A stretch of DNA of 64,000 bases from Bacteroidales bacterium (GCA_017617125.1 JAFZWY010000051.1:16008-80007); one strand, 5' to 3'; positions 46,021 through 54,465 are shown, numbered from the stretch's first letter. The notes: generated from the sequence alone by a model not told the origin. Program-made: numbers and translations.

Positions 46021-49000
46021 ATGAAAAAAGCAAATACTCTTTGCTCCCTTCCCGATAGGGAGGGGGCAAACGTTATTCATAACCTTGTTGGTGCCGAATC
46101 TAATAAGTGTGTTTTGTTTAGGATTCTTGCAATGTTTCTGCTGCTGTGCGCTGTAAATGTGGCATGGGCTGATAGCTATACGATTATATGTAAAACAGGA
46201 ACACTAAATAGTAATAATGGCGAAACAATAGATAATACACCCAAAGGCTCCATCTTTTTAGATGAAAATGATAATTCTTGTTTAACGTGTATATCTGATA
46301 ATAATATTAGTGCGACAAGAGTTTTTTATCAAGGTAGTGGTGGTATGAGAATGGGTTCTAATAAAGGCGCAGGAACAATTAGAATTAATTTATCTGCAAG
46401 TGCTCAAGTAACTCCTACTTCTGTTGTTGTAAGAGCAAAGAAATATGGTACTGATCCTAATTCAAATTTAACTTTAAATGGTACTGCTGTACAAATTACA
46501 ACTACTGAATTTGCAAATTATACATATAATATAACAGGAACATTAGAGTATTTAGAATTAGTGAGCGCAGGAAAAGATAAACGTCTCTGGATTGAATCCA
46601 TAACCGTAAATTATACTTCAGCAGCTTCCCACACCCTTACAACAGCAGTTGATCCCGCAGGATATGGAACAGTTACTCCAAACTCCGCTACTGTTGGTGA
46701 AGGTTCTACTGCTACAATTACAGCTACCCCCAATTCAGGCTATGCATTCGACCACTGGACAGTTTCTGGTGTTGGATCATCTCTCTCGAGTACAACAACC
46801 AACCCCACAACCTTTACAATGGGAACCGCCAATGCAACTGTAACAGCATACTTTACAGCCTTGCCAGCATATAGGGTAACATTTAATGCCGGTACAGGTA
46901 CTTGTGCTACACCTTATCTCGATGAGGCATCTGGCGGAGCTGGTGTGGTATTGCCATCGGCAACAGCACCTTCGGGTTGTGACCCTGAATATTCGTTCTA
47001 CGGTTGGTCAACTTCGATGGTAAGTGAAACTTCTACGCCGCCTTCAATAGTAGGAACAACTGGCGATACATATCATCCCACCGGCACCACAACCTTATAT
47101 GCTGTATATATCGCTGGCGGATACGAAAAGATTACATCAAATCTTACCGACTGGAGCGGTACTTACCTTATAGTTTACGAAGCTGGTAGCAAGGCTTTTG
47201 ATGGTAGTCTAGATGGAGAACATATAGATGCAGCCAACAACAATATATCGGTAACGATAGCCAATAATACTATAGTTTCTAATTCAACTACCGATGCTGC
47301 ATCTTTTGAAATTGCAAAAACTGGAGAGAAATATACAATAATGTCGAGTGCTGGGGAGTATGTATATGCCTTGACCAATACTAATAGTTTGTATTCCAGC
47401 CCAAATATGGACAATTATCCAAATTCGATATCATACAATGCTGGCGGATTTGTTGACATTATATCTGATGGAGGCTCATATCTAAGATTTAATAATGAAG
47501 CTTCTCAAAAAAGGTTTAGATTTTTTAAGTCAGATACTTATACGGGTCAACAAGCCATACAGTTGTATCGCAAAAATGGAGCAAGCAGTTATAATTCCAA
47601 TCCTTCATGTAGTTGTCCGGCACCGTCAGCTTTTGCTGCAAGCAGCATAACATATACATCAGCATCTCTCTCATGGACCCCAATAGGTACCGAATCGAAC
47701 TGGCAGATAGTCTTGTCGCAGGGAACACCCCTTATCGACCCGGCTACAGGTACAATACACGATGTTACATCGACGAGCTACAATGCAACGTCCATAGCTC
47801 CAGGAGCAACATATTATGCATACGTCCGCGCGAAATGTGCTGTAGATGATTTTTCGGGATGGCGTATGGTGCAGTTCGAAACGCCATGTATAGATCAGAT
47901 TGTATCTCTAAATAATGCTTCTGTAACGTTAGCTCCGACAGATACTTACAACTTAGCTTTTGTCGATAATAGCAGTACAGGGGCTATAACATGGACGAGC
48001 AGCAACGAGTCGGTAGCAACAGTTGCCAGCAACGGACGAGTTACGGCTGTTGCAGAAGGACATTGTGTAATAACTGGCGTTTTGGCTCAGGAAAGTCCAT
48101 ATTGTGGCGCATCATTATCGTGCAATATTCATGTTGCAGGTGACGACTGTGCAAGAGTAGGATGGGGAAACAAAAAGGATGGTGGTGTTTATTACCAATC
48201 TACATCATATCCATATAGTTATACGCAGCAGATTTATTCAGCCAACGAAATTATAATGGCTGGTGGTACGGCTGGAAAGATAGGGTCGATAAAGGTGCAT
48301 CATGGTGATGTGAACTTGCGGTTTACCAGTACAGTTTATATGGGAATGACAGATATGGAAAATTTATCAGCAGATTGGGTAGAATCTGGACTGACGCAAG
48401 TATATAGCGGTACTATTAATTTTAGTGCTGGCTGGGTCGAAATCGATTTTGATACTCCTTTCGACTGGGATGGCGAAAGTAATATAGTTGTGGCATTCTA
48501 TAATCATCTAGAATCTGGTACCGATTATTATTGTATTAGCCACGACATAGGAAATACTGCAAATTATACTAATAAAAAAAGGTATTGTTATGATGGTTCG
48601 TTGTCTTTAGATTTGAATCATGTTCCGACGGGAGGGACTTCAATATCTTCTACAAACAGGGTAAATATGAAATTCTGCATAACCCCATGTACAAATCCAG
48701 TGGATGCTTATTTTAGTGAAGATGAAAAGCAAATATCATCATCTGCAAGTTTCAATGTAGCTGCATTGCTTACAGTTAATCCAAGTTCTGGACATGGAGC
48801 AGTTACATATTCGTCAAACAATACAAGTGTTGCAACAGTAAACGAGACAACTGGTGTTGTTACTCCACTAACAGAAGGCTCTGTGGTTATTACTGCCCAT
48901 GTTGCTGCTTCTTCAGATTATTGTTCTGCAAACGCTAGTATAACACTAAATGTATGTAATTGCCCAACAGGTGACGAACAATATGAAATTGGTGTTGCAA

Positions 49001-51225
49001 CGAGTAGTTATGCTTATGGTTCTCCGGTATACCCTACGTTTAAATATGGATATAAGCAGATAATATACAACAAAGAAGAATTAACCCCTGGTACAATACA
49101 TAGCATTGCATTCAATTATGCATATGCAACAGCCATGTCGCACAAGGGAAATGTTGATATTTATATTGGTACAACAGATAAAACTGAATTTACAAGTAAG
49201 TCGGATTGGATTTCATATTCTAATCTTACTAAGGTTTATAATGGTCCGTTGAATTGTTCTCGAGGGTGGAATGTTTTTGCATTTAACCAAAATGGCGGAA
49301 GATATGAATATGACGGATGCAGAAATCTTGTTATTGCTATAGACGATAATTCAAACGACGAAGAAAGTTCATCTTCCTATGCATTTTATTGTTCCGAGTC
49401 TGTAAAAAAAGTTGTTATTTATCATTATAGCGATAGTGATAATCTTAATCCTGCAAGTCCAGTAGATGCCTCGACAGCACCTTCATCAACATATCCAGAT
49501 GTACGTTTTTGTATTTCCCCCGCAGTAACTACAACCGAAAATAGGCATACGCTTACTTACGATCATACAACGACTTGTTCTGGTACAGTAACTCCTACAA
49601 CTACTATTCCTTCAGTATCTGCAGCTTATGCAACAGTAACATCTGTAATTCCATCATGTTCTGCTTATGCAGGTTTCAAGGAATGGAATACAATGGCCGA
49701 TGGAAGTGGAATTGCATATCATGCAGGCGATAGGATAACCCTTTCTTGTAATGATGTTACTTTATATGCAATATACAACAATGAGGTACATGGAGAAGCT
49801 TCGTGTGCTAATGCGGTAGCATTCTGTTCTAATAGCGATGAGGTTAGTTTCCATGTGGAAGCTGGTTCGGGACAGACTTACGGTGATTTCTGTGCTTATT
49901 TTGGAACTCCAGCAACCTGGTGGTATATGCAGATTGCTGTGCCTGGCGACATAAGTATGAGAGTACACTCATCAGCTGGCGATGTCGATATGGCTTGTTG
50001 GGGACCTTTTGACAATAAGACCTGTGACCTTGCTGATTTGACAGATAATGGTTCTGATGTATGGTATGCATACGATAGAGTAGCAGATGCAGACAAGCAT
50101 TATTCTAATTCAAGCATTACACCAACTGCAATGCAATCGACACCTATATGTAGTACATATACCCTTGCACGACCATGTGGTAATTTGATTGACTATGGTG
50201 GTACTACTAGTTCAGATGAATATCTGCAGATAATAGATGCCGAGGTTGGTGAATACTATATGGTGCTTGTTGCAAACTATGCAAATACTGCAGGTGAGAT
50301 AACCTTTACACAGATAGGTGGTTCCGGTCGCGCATCCTGTGATATAGTTTCCAATTGCGACATTACCAGTATTTCGGCAAATACTGTATGTACTGGAGCA
50401 AATTCGTACACTGTTTCTGGCGAAATTTCATTCCGTGATGCACCAGTAGATGTTGACGCTAGACTTACGATACGTTATAGTGATGCTATTTACCAAACTT
50501 TCGAACCTCCGTTTGCAAGCCCTATTGCATATTCATTTGAAGGCCTTGTTCCCAATGGAAGTCTTTGTACGCTTACAGCTAGCTTTACTTCATCAACAAT
50601 CAACTGTGAGAAGACATCTACTTATACTGCTCCATCAAAGGACTATTGCGAAGAGGTTGTATTGCCAATTACCCTTCTTAGCCTGCATGGCGAGTGCAAC
50701 GGCAAGCGCGCAATAATTGCATGGACTACCGCCAGCGAGCGCAACAACGACTACTTCGTAGTAGAACGCTCCGACGATGCCATGAACTTCGTTGAAGTAG
50801 GCCGCGTGGCTGGCGCAGGAAACAGCATCACTGCACTGTCGTACAGCTTTACCGACTATGGCATCGGCGCTGGCGACAACTACTACCGCCTCACGCAGGT
50901 CGACTACGACGGCACCCGCACAACCTCGGAGATTATCGAGGTACACTGCAGCGGCAATGTTCCGCTGGGCGACCCCGACGTGTATGTATACCCCAACCCG
51001 TTCAGCAGCGACCTTACGGTACACCTTGTCAACTTTGGTGACAAGCCGGCACGTATAGCGGTTTACGACATGCTCGGCCGCCAGCTCTTCGAGCGCACCG
51101 CCTATCCGACCTTCAACGATTCGGAGATAGTGCTCCAGCTCGGCGCTCTGCCCGATGCCGCCTACACCGTGCGCGTAAGCACCGCCGATTTCGTGGTAAA
51201 CAAGAAGGTGGTGAAGAACAAGTAG
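46021..51225 (+). CDS. giant T9SS-secreted cell-surface/adhesin-like protein (about 1,734 aa), paralogue of 29101..35385
   Basis: Uninterrupted ORF with a long leader plus hydrophobic core (..ILAMFLLLCAVNVAWA). It has Listeria/Bacteroides-type repeats, a Cys-linker plus FN3-like domain, and two Big_2-like Ig domains (..ITWTSSNESVATVASNGRVTAVAEGHCVITG.., ..VTYSSNNTSVATVNETTGVVTPLTEGSVVITA..). The C-terminal module and CTD (YPNPFSSDLTVHL..VYDMLGRQL..AAYTVRVST) are shared with giant 1. Confidence 0.9.
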   Translation: MKKANTLCSLPDREGANVIHNLVGAESNKCVLFRILAMFLLLCAVNVAWADSYTIICKTGTLNSNNGETIDNTPKGSIFLDENDNSCLTCISDNNISATRVFYQGSGGMRMGSNKGAGTIRINLSASAQVTPTSVVVRAKKYGTDPNSNLTLNGTAVQITTTEFANYTYNITGTLEYLELVSAGKDKRLWIESITVNYTSAASHTLTTAVDPAGYGTVTPNSATVGEGSTATITATPNSGYAFDHWTVSGVGSSLSSTTTNPTTFTMGTANATVTAYFTALPAYRVTFNAGTGTCATPYLDEASGGAGVVLPSATAPSGCDPEYSFYGWSTSMVSETSTPPSIVGTTGDTYHPTGTTTLYAVYIAGGYEKITSNLTDWSGTYLIVYEAGSKAFDGSLDGEHIDAANNNISVTIANNTIVSNSTTDAASFEIAKTGEKYTIMSSAGEYVYALTNTNSLYSSPNMDNYPNSISYNAGGFVDIISDGGSYLRFNNEASQKRFRFFKSDTYTGQQAIQLYRKNGASSYNSNPSCSCPAPSAFAASSITYTSASLSWTPIGTESNWQIVLSQGTPLIDPATGTIHDVTSTSYNATSIAPGATYYAYVRAKCAVDDFSGWRMVQFETPCIDQIVSLNNASVTLAPTDTYNLAFVDNSSTGAITWTSSNESVATVASNGRVTAVAEGHCVITGVLAQESPYCGASLSCNIHVAGDDCARVGWGNKKDGGVYYQSTSYPYSYTQQIYSANEIIMAGGTAGKIGSIKVHHGDVNLRFTSTVYMGMTDMENLSADWVESGLTQVYSGTINFSAGWVEIDFDTPFDWDGESNIVVAFYNHLESGTDYYCISHDIGNTANYTNKKRYCYDGSLSLDLNHVPTGGTSISSTNRVNMKFCITPCTNPVDAYFSEDEKQISSSASFNVAALLTVNPSSGHGAVTYSSNNTSVATVNETTGVVTPLTEGSVVITAHVAASSDYCSANASITLNVCNCPTGDEQYEIGVATSSYAYGSPVYPTFKYGYKQIIYNKEELTPGTIHSIAFNYAYATAMSHKGNVDIYIGTTDKTEFTSKSDWISYSNLTKVYNGPLNCSRGWNVFAFNQNGGRYEYDGCRNLVIAIDDNSNDEESSSSYAFYCSESVKKVVIYHYSDSDNLNPASPVDASTAPSSTYPDVRFCISPAVTTTENRHTLTYDHTTTCSGTVTPTTTIPSVSAAYATVTSVIPSCSAYAGFKEWNTMADGSGIAYHAGDRITLSCNDVTLYAIYNNEVHGEASCANAVAFCSNSDEVSFHVEAGSGQTYGDFCAYFGTPATWWYMQIAVPGDISMRVHSSAGDVDMACWGPFDNKTCDLADLTDNGSDVWYAYDRVADADKHYSNSSITPTAMQSTPICSTYTLARPCGNLIDYGGTTSSDEYLQIIDAEVGEYYMVLVANYANTAGEITFTQIGGSGRASCDIVSNCDITSISANTVCTGANSYTVSGEISFRDAPVDVDARLTIRYSDAIYQTFEPPFASPIAYSFEGLVPNGSLCTLTASFTSSTINCEKTSTYTAPSKDYCEEVVLPITLLSLHGECNGKRAIIAWTTASERNNDYFVVERSDDAMNFVEVGRVAGAGNSITALSYSFTDYGIGAGDNYYRLTQVDYDGTRTTSEIIEVHCSGNVPLGDPDVYVYPNPFSSDLTVHLVNFGDKPARIAVYDMLGRQLFERTAYPTFNDSEIVLQLGALPDAAYTVRVSTADFVVNKKVVKNK

Positions 51226-51226
51226 A

Positions 51227-51302
51227 TTTACGATTTTGGATTTACGATTTACGATTGAATTTTTGAATCTTCAAATTTTCAAATTATCGAATTTTCAAAT
51301 CC
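51227..51302. repeat. word tracts immediately after the giant gene 2 stop (tttacgatt units, then ttttgaa/ttcaaa units)
   Basis: tttacgattttggatttacgatttacgatt is the reverse complement of the aatcgtMaat...ccaaaatcgtaaa module at 54428..54458. Confidence 0.8.
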
Positions 51303-51341
51303 ACATTTCCCCTCGCACACACAACAAATAGAATAACGACT

Positions 51342-51381
51342 CAGCGTGCCGCGTCTCCCCGACCGGCCGCTGTTTTTTTTT
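51342..51381 (+). terminator. rho-independent terminator downstream of giant gene 2
   Basis: Stem cagcg-t-gccg / cggc-cgctg (9 bp with one bulge) followed by T9. A second palindrome, ttgttcc-atg-ggaacaa, follows. Confidence 0.6.
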
Positions 51382-51417
51382 GTTCCATGGGAACAAAAAA
51401 GGTTTCTGCGGCTTCGC

Positions 51418-51446
51418 CGTTTCTATGTTTAACTTCGTTGAGGGCT
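51418..51446 (+). repeat. 29-bp perfect direct repeat, copy 1
   Basis: cgtttctatgtttaacttcgttgagggct is identical to 51564..51592. Confidence 0.9.
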
Positions 51447-51563
51447 ACTTGTGCTGAGCTGCTCCCTGAGCGTAGTCGAAGGGCAGTCGAAGTACGCCGT
51501 TCACGTTTCTGTGGCTGACGCCGTTTCAAGTTTCTATGGCTTCGCCGTTCTATGTGCTACGCA

Positions 51564-51592
51564 CGTTTCTATGTTTAACTTCGTTGAGGGCT
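51564..51592 (+). repeat. 29-bp perfect direct repeat, copy 2
   Basis: Identical to 51418..51446. Confidence 0.9.
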
Positions 51593-51894
51593 TCGCCGTT
51601 CTCGCGCAGCGACTCCTTTCGTTTTGAGCGCAGCGAAAAACATAGTTGTTCTAAGTTGTATATGTTGTCGTTTTCTTTATATTACGACAACTTGGACAAC
51701 AATGACAACCTTTATAGCGAGCTTGCGAGCACCATTGACTTCGTCGAGCTAAAAGGTTCGTGAAAATTCGTGTAATTCGTGGTCGTTGTTTATTGTTTTG
51801 AGCTTGCGAAAAACATTAGCTACGCCGAGCTAAAGGTTCGTTGTAAAATGAGCATAGCGAAGAACGTTATTTATCTTCTTTTGCCCCTTTAGGC

Positions 51895-51963
51895 TTCTCG
51901 TCCTTGACTTCGACTACGCTCAGTCGGCGGATTGGCCTGTTCGCCTGCTGGCCTGTTCGCCTT
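51895..51963 (+). repeat. tandem duplication, unit 1 (53-bp perfect core plus a 16-bp tail)
   Basis: ttctcgtccttgacttcgactacgctcagtcggcggattggcctgttcgcctg (51895..51947) is identical to 51978..52030. The tail ctggcctgttcgcctt is also repeated. Confidence 0.9.
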
Positions 51964-51977
51964 CGAGCCTTTTAGTG

Positions 51978-52054
51978 TTCTCGTCCTTGACTTCGACTAC
52001 GCTCAGTCGGCGGATTGGCCTGTTCGCCTGTGCGACTGCTGGCCTGTTCGCCTT
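51978..52054 (+). repeat. tandem duplication, unit 2 (with an 8-nt insertion), ending at the C10 protease stop codon
   Basis: Core 51978..52030 is identical to unit 1. The insertion tgcgactg is followed by the tail, which ends at 52054. The stop codon (tta on plus) is at 52055..52057. Confidence 0.9.
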
Positions 52055-54157
52055 TTACCCCTTTATAATTTCGAATCTTGTTGTGGTAATTTTTCCGTCG
52101 TGCGAAATGATTCTTGCCATATATGTGCCATTGCTGAGGTTTCGGGTATCTACCAAATGTATGTCCGATGAAATCTTCTCGTCGATGAGGCATCTGCCTG
52201 TAATGTCGTAGATCTGCACTTGCGAAAGATTTTCCCCTTCGATGTTTATCTCGATGCTGGCTGGATTCGGGTAGACAGAAACCATAGTGTTGTCAAATTC
52301 GTCGACACCAGTTTCGGTCACATTATAAGCTAGCTTGAAGCCGCCACCGCGTACCGAAGTGTTGCTTGTGAAAAATATTGTCGCATTGTTACCTTCGAAA
52401 TGTATAGGTTCGGGGATGGTGTCGCCAGAGAATGTGGCGTATGGTCTGCCGTTGCGGTATATTTTTACGAAGTCCTTGCCGTATTCGGTGTCGAGTTCGA
52501 GGAATTCGAAGGTAAACGATGAGGGATTTTCCGGTGCAATTCTCCAACGGCAGGATGTACCGTCGTAGTAGTCCCATCCGTTGCTGCCGTCGCTTATTGT
52601 GTCGCGCATTTCGGTAACGGTGACGGAAGTAGGGCAGTAGGTTGGCCTTATTGGTTCGTACGACATTGTCCATCCGTAGCCCGAAACGGTAGCATCCGAA
52701 ATAAAGCGTACTAGCATTTCGGTGGAGTTTACTGTGTAGGTTTCGTCTGGCATGTCGCTGCCGAAAATGCTCGCTACTACTGGTGCATCCTCGTCGTTGC
52801 CGGCATATATTATTATGTTGTCGCTATCGTCGATGTCGAATTTGTTGAATTTCAGAGTGTAGCCTTCAACAGAATCCTGAGGTGATATTAGCCATGAGCA
52901 GTCGCTGTCGGGTGCGTATTCGTTGAGCGGACCGCTGCCGTCGTCGAGTGTGCCTTCGTAGAAGTTCATAACTTTGCGTCCTTCGCAGACCTGATTCTCG
53001 TATTTTGGTGTAGCATTTATTATTACTTCGTGTGCCAGCCTGAAGTTCGAGCCGCTAGGCGACAAGTTGCTGATAATGAAAAATCCGTCGTAGCTGCCGC
53101 CCCATCCCCAGTTGATGTGGTAGTGAGTAGAGTCGCTGTAGCCGTCGAATACGAATGCATGTCCGCTGCGATACTGATAGTCGCCCCATCCCGCATAGTA
53201 TAACGGAATTCGACGGTCGAGGTGGTTGACGAGGATTCCGTTCCAGATGCTGTCGGGAATTACGGTGTCGTTTTCGATGTTGTCGGGGATTACTGTAGGC
53301 AGACTATCCTTGAAGATGTAGCGAGCCTCGTCGCTGTACCCGAAGTAGTTGCGCATGGTGTAGGCTCCCTTGTGGTTGTTCATGCCGCTGCCGTCTGGCC
53401 CGTAGTTCATGTCGACCGAAACGCCTATGCTATAGAGCAGACGTGCAAGGTTGTCGTTGTAGTCGGTTGGTACGGCTGGCATATAGTCGTAGTCGTAGTG
53501 CTGCTGTGAGAAGTCCAGTTCGAGATGACCGTAGTCGGGATGGTCGTATCCGTAACTGCCAGTTCCTTGTGTCGGGTAACGGAAGTAGTTGAAAACTTGT
53601 GCAATAGCAGTTGCTACGCAACCTACAACGACGTGTCCGTCTTTACCGCCGGCATCTACTGGACACTGGCTGTTGAAGTATTTTCCCTGGTCCCACTTTG
53701 TTGTCAGCAACGGCTCTACGGTAGGCACTTCGCGTGGCTGGAATTCGGTTGCCGAGTAGTGTTCCCATTCAGCGGTTGTATGTTGGCTTGCCTGTATGCC
53801 GTTCTTTATTGCATAAGCAATTTGCGATGCGTACGATTGCAGAACAGCCTTTACGCCTGGGTGGCGGTCGGTAGCATAGCACGAACTTTCGTGCGAGAAT
53901 GCCAGCAGAGGCTCAACAGACTTGTCGGCCGACACAATCACAAATCCCGATGGCTCAAGGTTGTATACGTGGAATACAGCCACTCCGTCGAATGCTTCGG
54001 TGTACGAATCGGCAATTTTGTAGTTGTCGGGGTTTGCAAGTCGTTCGCTTATGATATTATTTGCAATTGTTTTGCCTTCGTCGAGGCTTATGTTTTGTGC
54101 AAATGTCATGCTTGCAAGTGTGATTGCTAATGTCATCAGCAGAAAAAGATGTTTCAT
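52055..54157 (-). CDS. C10 family (streptopain-like) cysteine peptidase (700 aa) with an Spi-like propeptide, two CUB-like domains and a T9SS C-terminal sorting domain
   Basis: Signal peptide. C10 motifs LLTTKWDQGKYFN..CP, VVGCVATAIAQVFNYF (catalytic Cys), SGHAFVFDGY (His) and HINWGWGG. Two modules of about 110 aa start C...F..G...DGS... and end ..GGGFKLAY/..GYGWTMSY, which is CUB-like. The CTD reads VYPNPASIEINIEG..IYDITGRCL..GTYMARIIS. Confidence 0.85.
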   Translation of the reverse strand: MKHLFLLMTLAITLASMTFAQNISLDEGKTIANNIISERLANPDNYKIADSYTEAFDGVAVFHVYNLEPSGFVIVSADKSVEPLLAFSHESSCYATDRHPGVKAVLQSYASQIAYAIKNGIQASQHTTAEWEHYSATEFQPREVPTVEPLLTTKWDQGKYFNSQCPVDAGGKDGHVVVGCVATAIAQVFNYFRYPTQGTGSYGYDHPDYGHLELDFSQQHYDYDYMPAVPTDYNDNLARLLYSIGVSVDMNYGPDGSGMNNHKGAYTMRNYFGYSDEARYIFKDSLPTVIPDNIENDTVIPDSIWNGILVNHLDRRIPLYYAGWGDYQYRSGHAFVFDGYSDSTHYHINWGWGGSYDGFFIISNLSPSGSNFRLAHEVIINATPKYENQVCEGRKVMNFYEGTLDDGSGPLNEYAPDSDCSWLISPQDSVEGYTLKFNKFDIDDSDNIIIYAGNDEDAPVVASIFGSDMPDETYTVNSTEMLVRFISDATVSGYGWTMSYEPIRPTYCPTSVTVTEMRDTISDGSNGWDYYDGTSCRWRIAPENPSSFTFEFLELDTEYGKDFVKIYRNGRPYATFSGDTIPEPIHFEGNNATIFFTSNTSVRGGGFKLAYNVTETGVDEFDNTMVSVYPNPASIEINIEGENLSQVQIYDITGRCLIDEKISSDIHLVDTRNLSNGTYMARIISHDGKITTTRFEIIKG

Positions 54158-54178
54158 ATCGAATAACGTTTAATGCCA

Positions 54179-54186
54179 CAAAGATA
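54179..54186 (-). promoter_or_regulatory. -7 promoter box (TATCTTTG on the minus strand) for the C10 protease gene
   Basis: Plus strand reads caaagata, 21 nt upstream of the ATG at 54157. Confidence 0.55.
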
Positions 54187-54301
54187 ATAAATGTTTCTGG
54201 TTTCTGTGGCTTCGCCGTTCAAGTTTCAGGGTTTCTATGTTTCACGTTTGAATGCCTTCGGCGTTTCTATGGGCTGACGCCCGTTTCTAAAAAAAAGGAA
54301 T

Positions 54302-54348
54302 GTCATCCTGAACTTGTTTCAGCACCGGTCATCCTGAACTTGTTTCAG
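54302..54348 (+). repeat. two tandem family A modules (gtcatcctgaacttgtttcag twice, 26-nt period)
   Basis: Identical 21-mers at 54302..54322 and 54328..54348. An inverted partial copy lies at 17072..17098. Confidence 0.9.
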
Positions 54349-54388
54349 ACCCTTTAGAGCACGCCGCGTAGCAAGTAATCTATAGCAA

Positions 54389-54415
54389 CGGATGCTGAAA
54401 TAAATTCAGCATGAC
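54389..54415 (-). repeat. family A variant hairpin (inverted copy of 17010..17036)
   Basis: cggatgctgaaataaattcagcatgac is the exact reverse complement of the 27-mer at 17010..17036. Confidence 0.9.
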
Positions 54416-54427
54416 TATGAAGAGGAA

Positions 54428-54458
54428 AATCGTCAATCGTCAATCCAAAATCGTAAAT
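54428..54458 (+). repeat. family C word module aatcgtcaatcgtcaatccaaaatcgtaaat
   Basis: Near-identical in inverted orientation at 51227..51256. A degenerate copy lies at 45781..45803. Confidence 0.8.
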
Positions 54459-54465
54459 AATATTG

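Noticed and set aside
51895-52054. Possible CRISPR array or remnant, given identical 53-bp repeats separated by a short spacer
   Set aside because: There are only two copies. The units are longer than typical CRISPR repeats and contain nested sub-repeats. The spacer is itself partly repeated, and no cas genes or leader are present in the window. A tandem duplication explains it better.
45659-52054. Giant gene 2 as a transposon-like unit bounded by terminal inverted repeats, since some modules occur upstream in one orientation and downstream in the other
   Set aside because: The shared modules are short (12-30 nt), are not collinear between the two sides, and also occur at unrelated loci (10.5 kb, 17 kb, 28.9 kb, 54.3 kb). 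No transposase is present.
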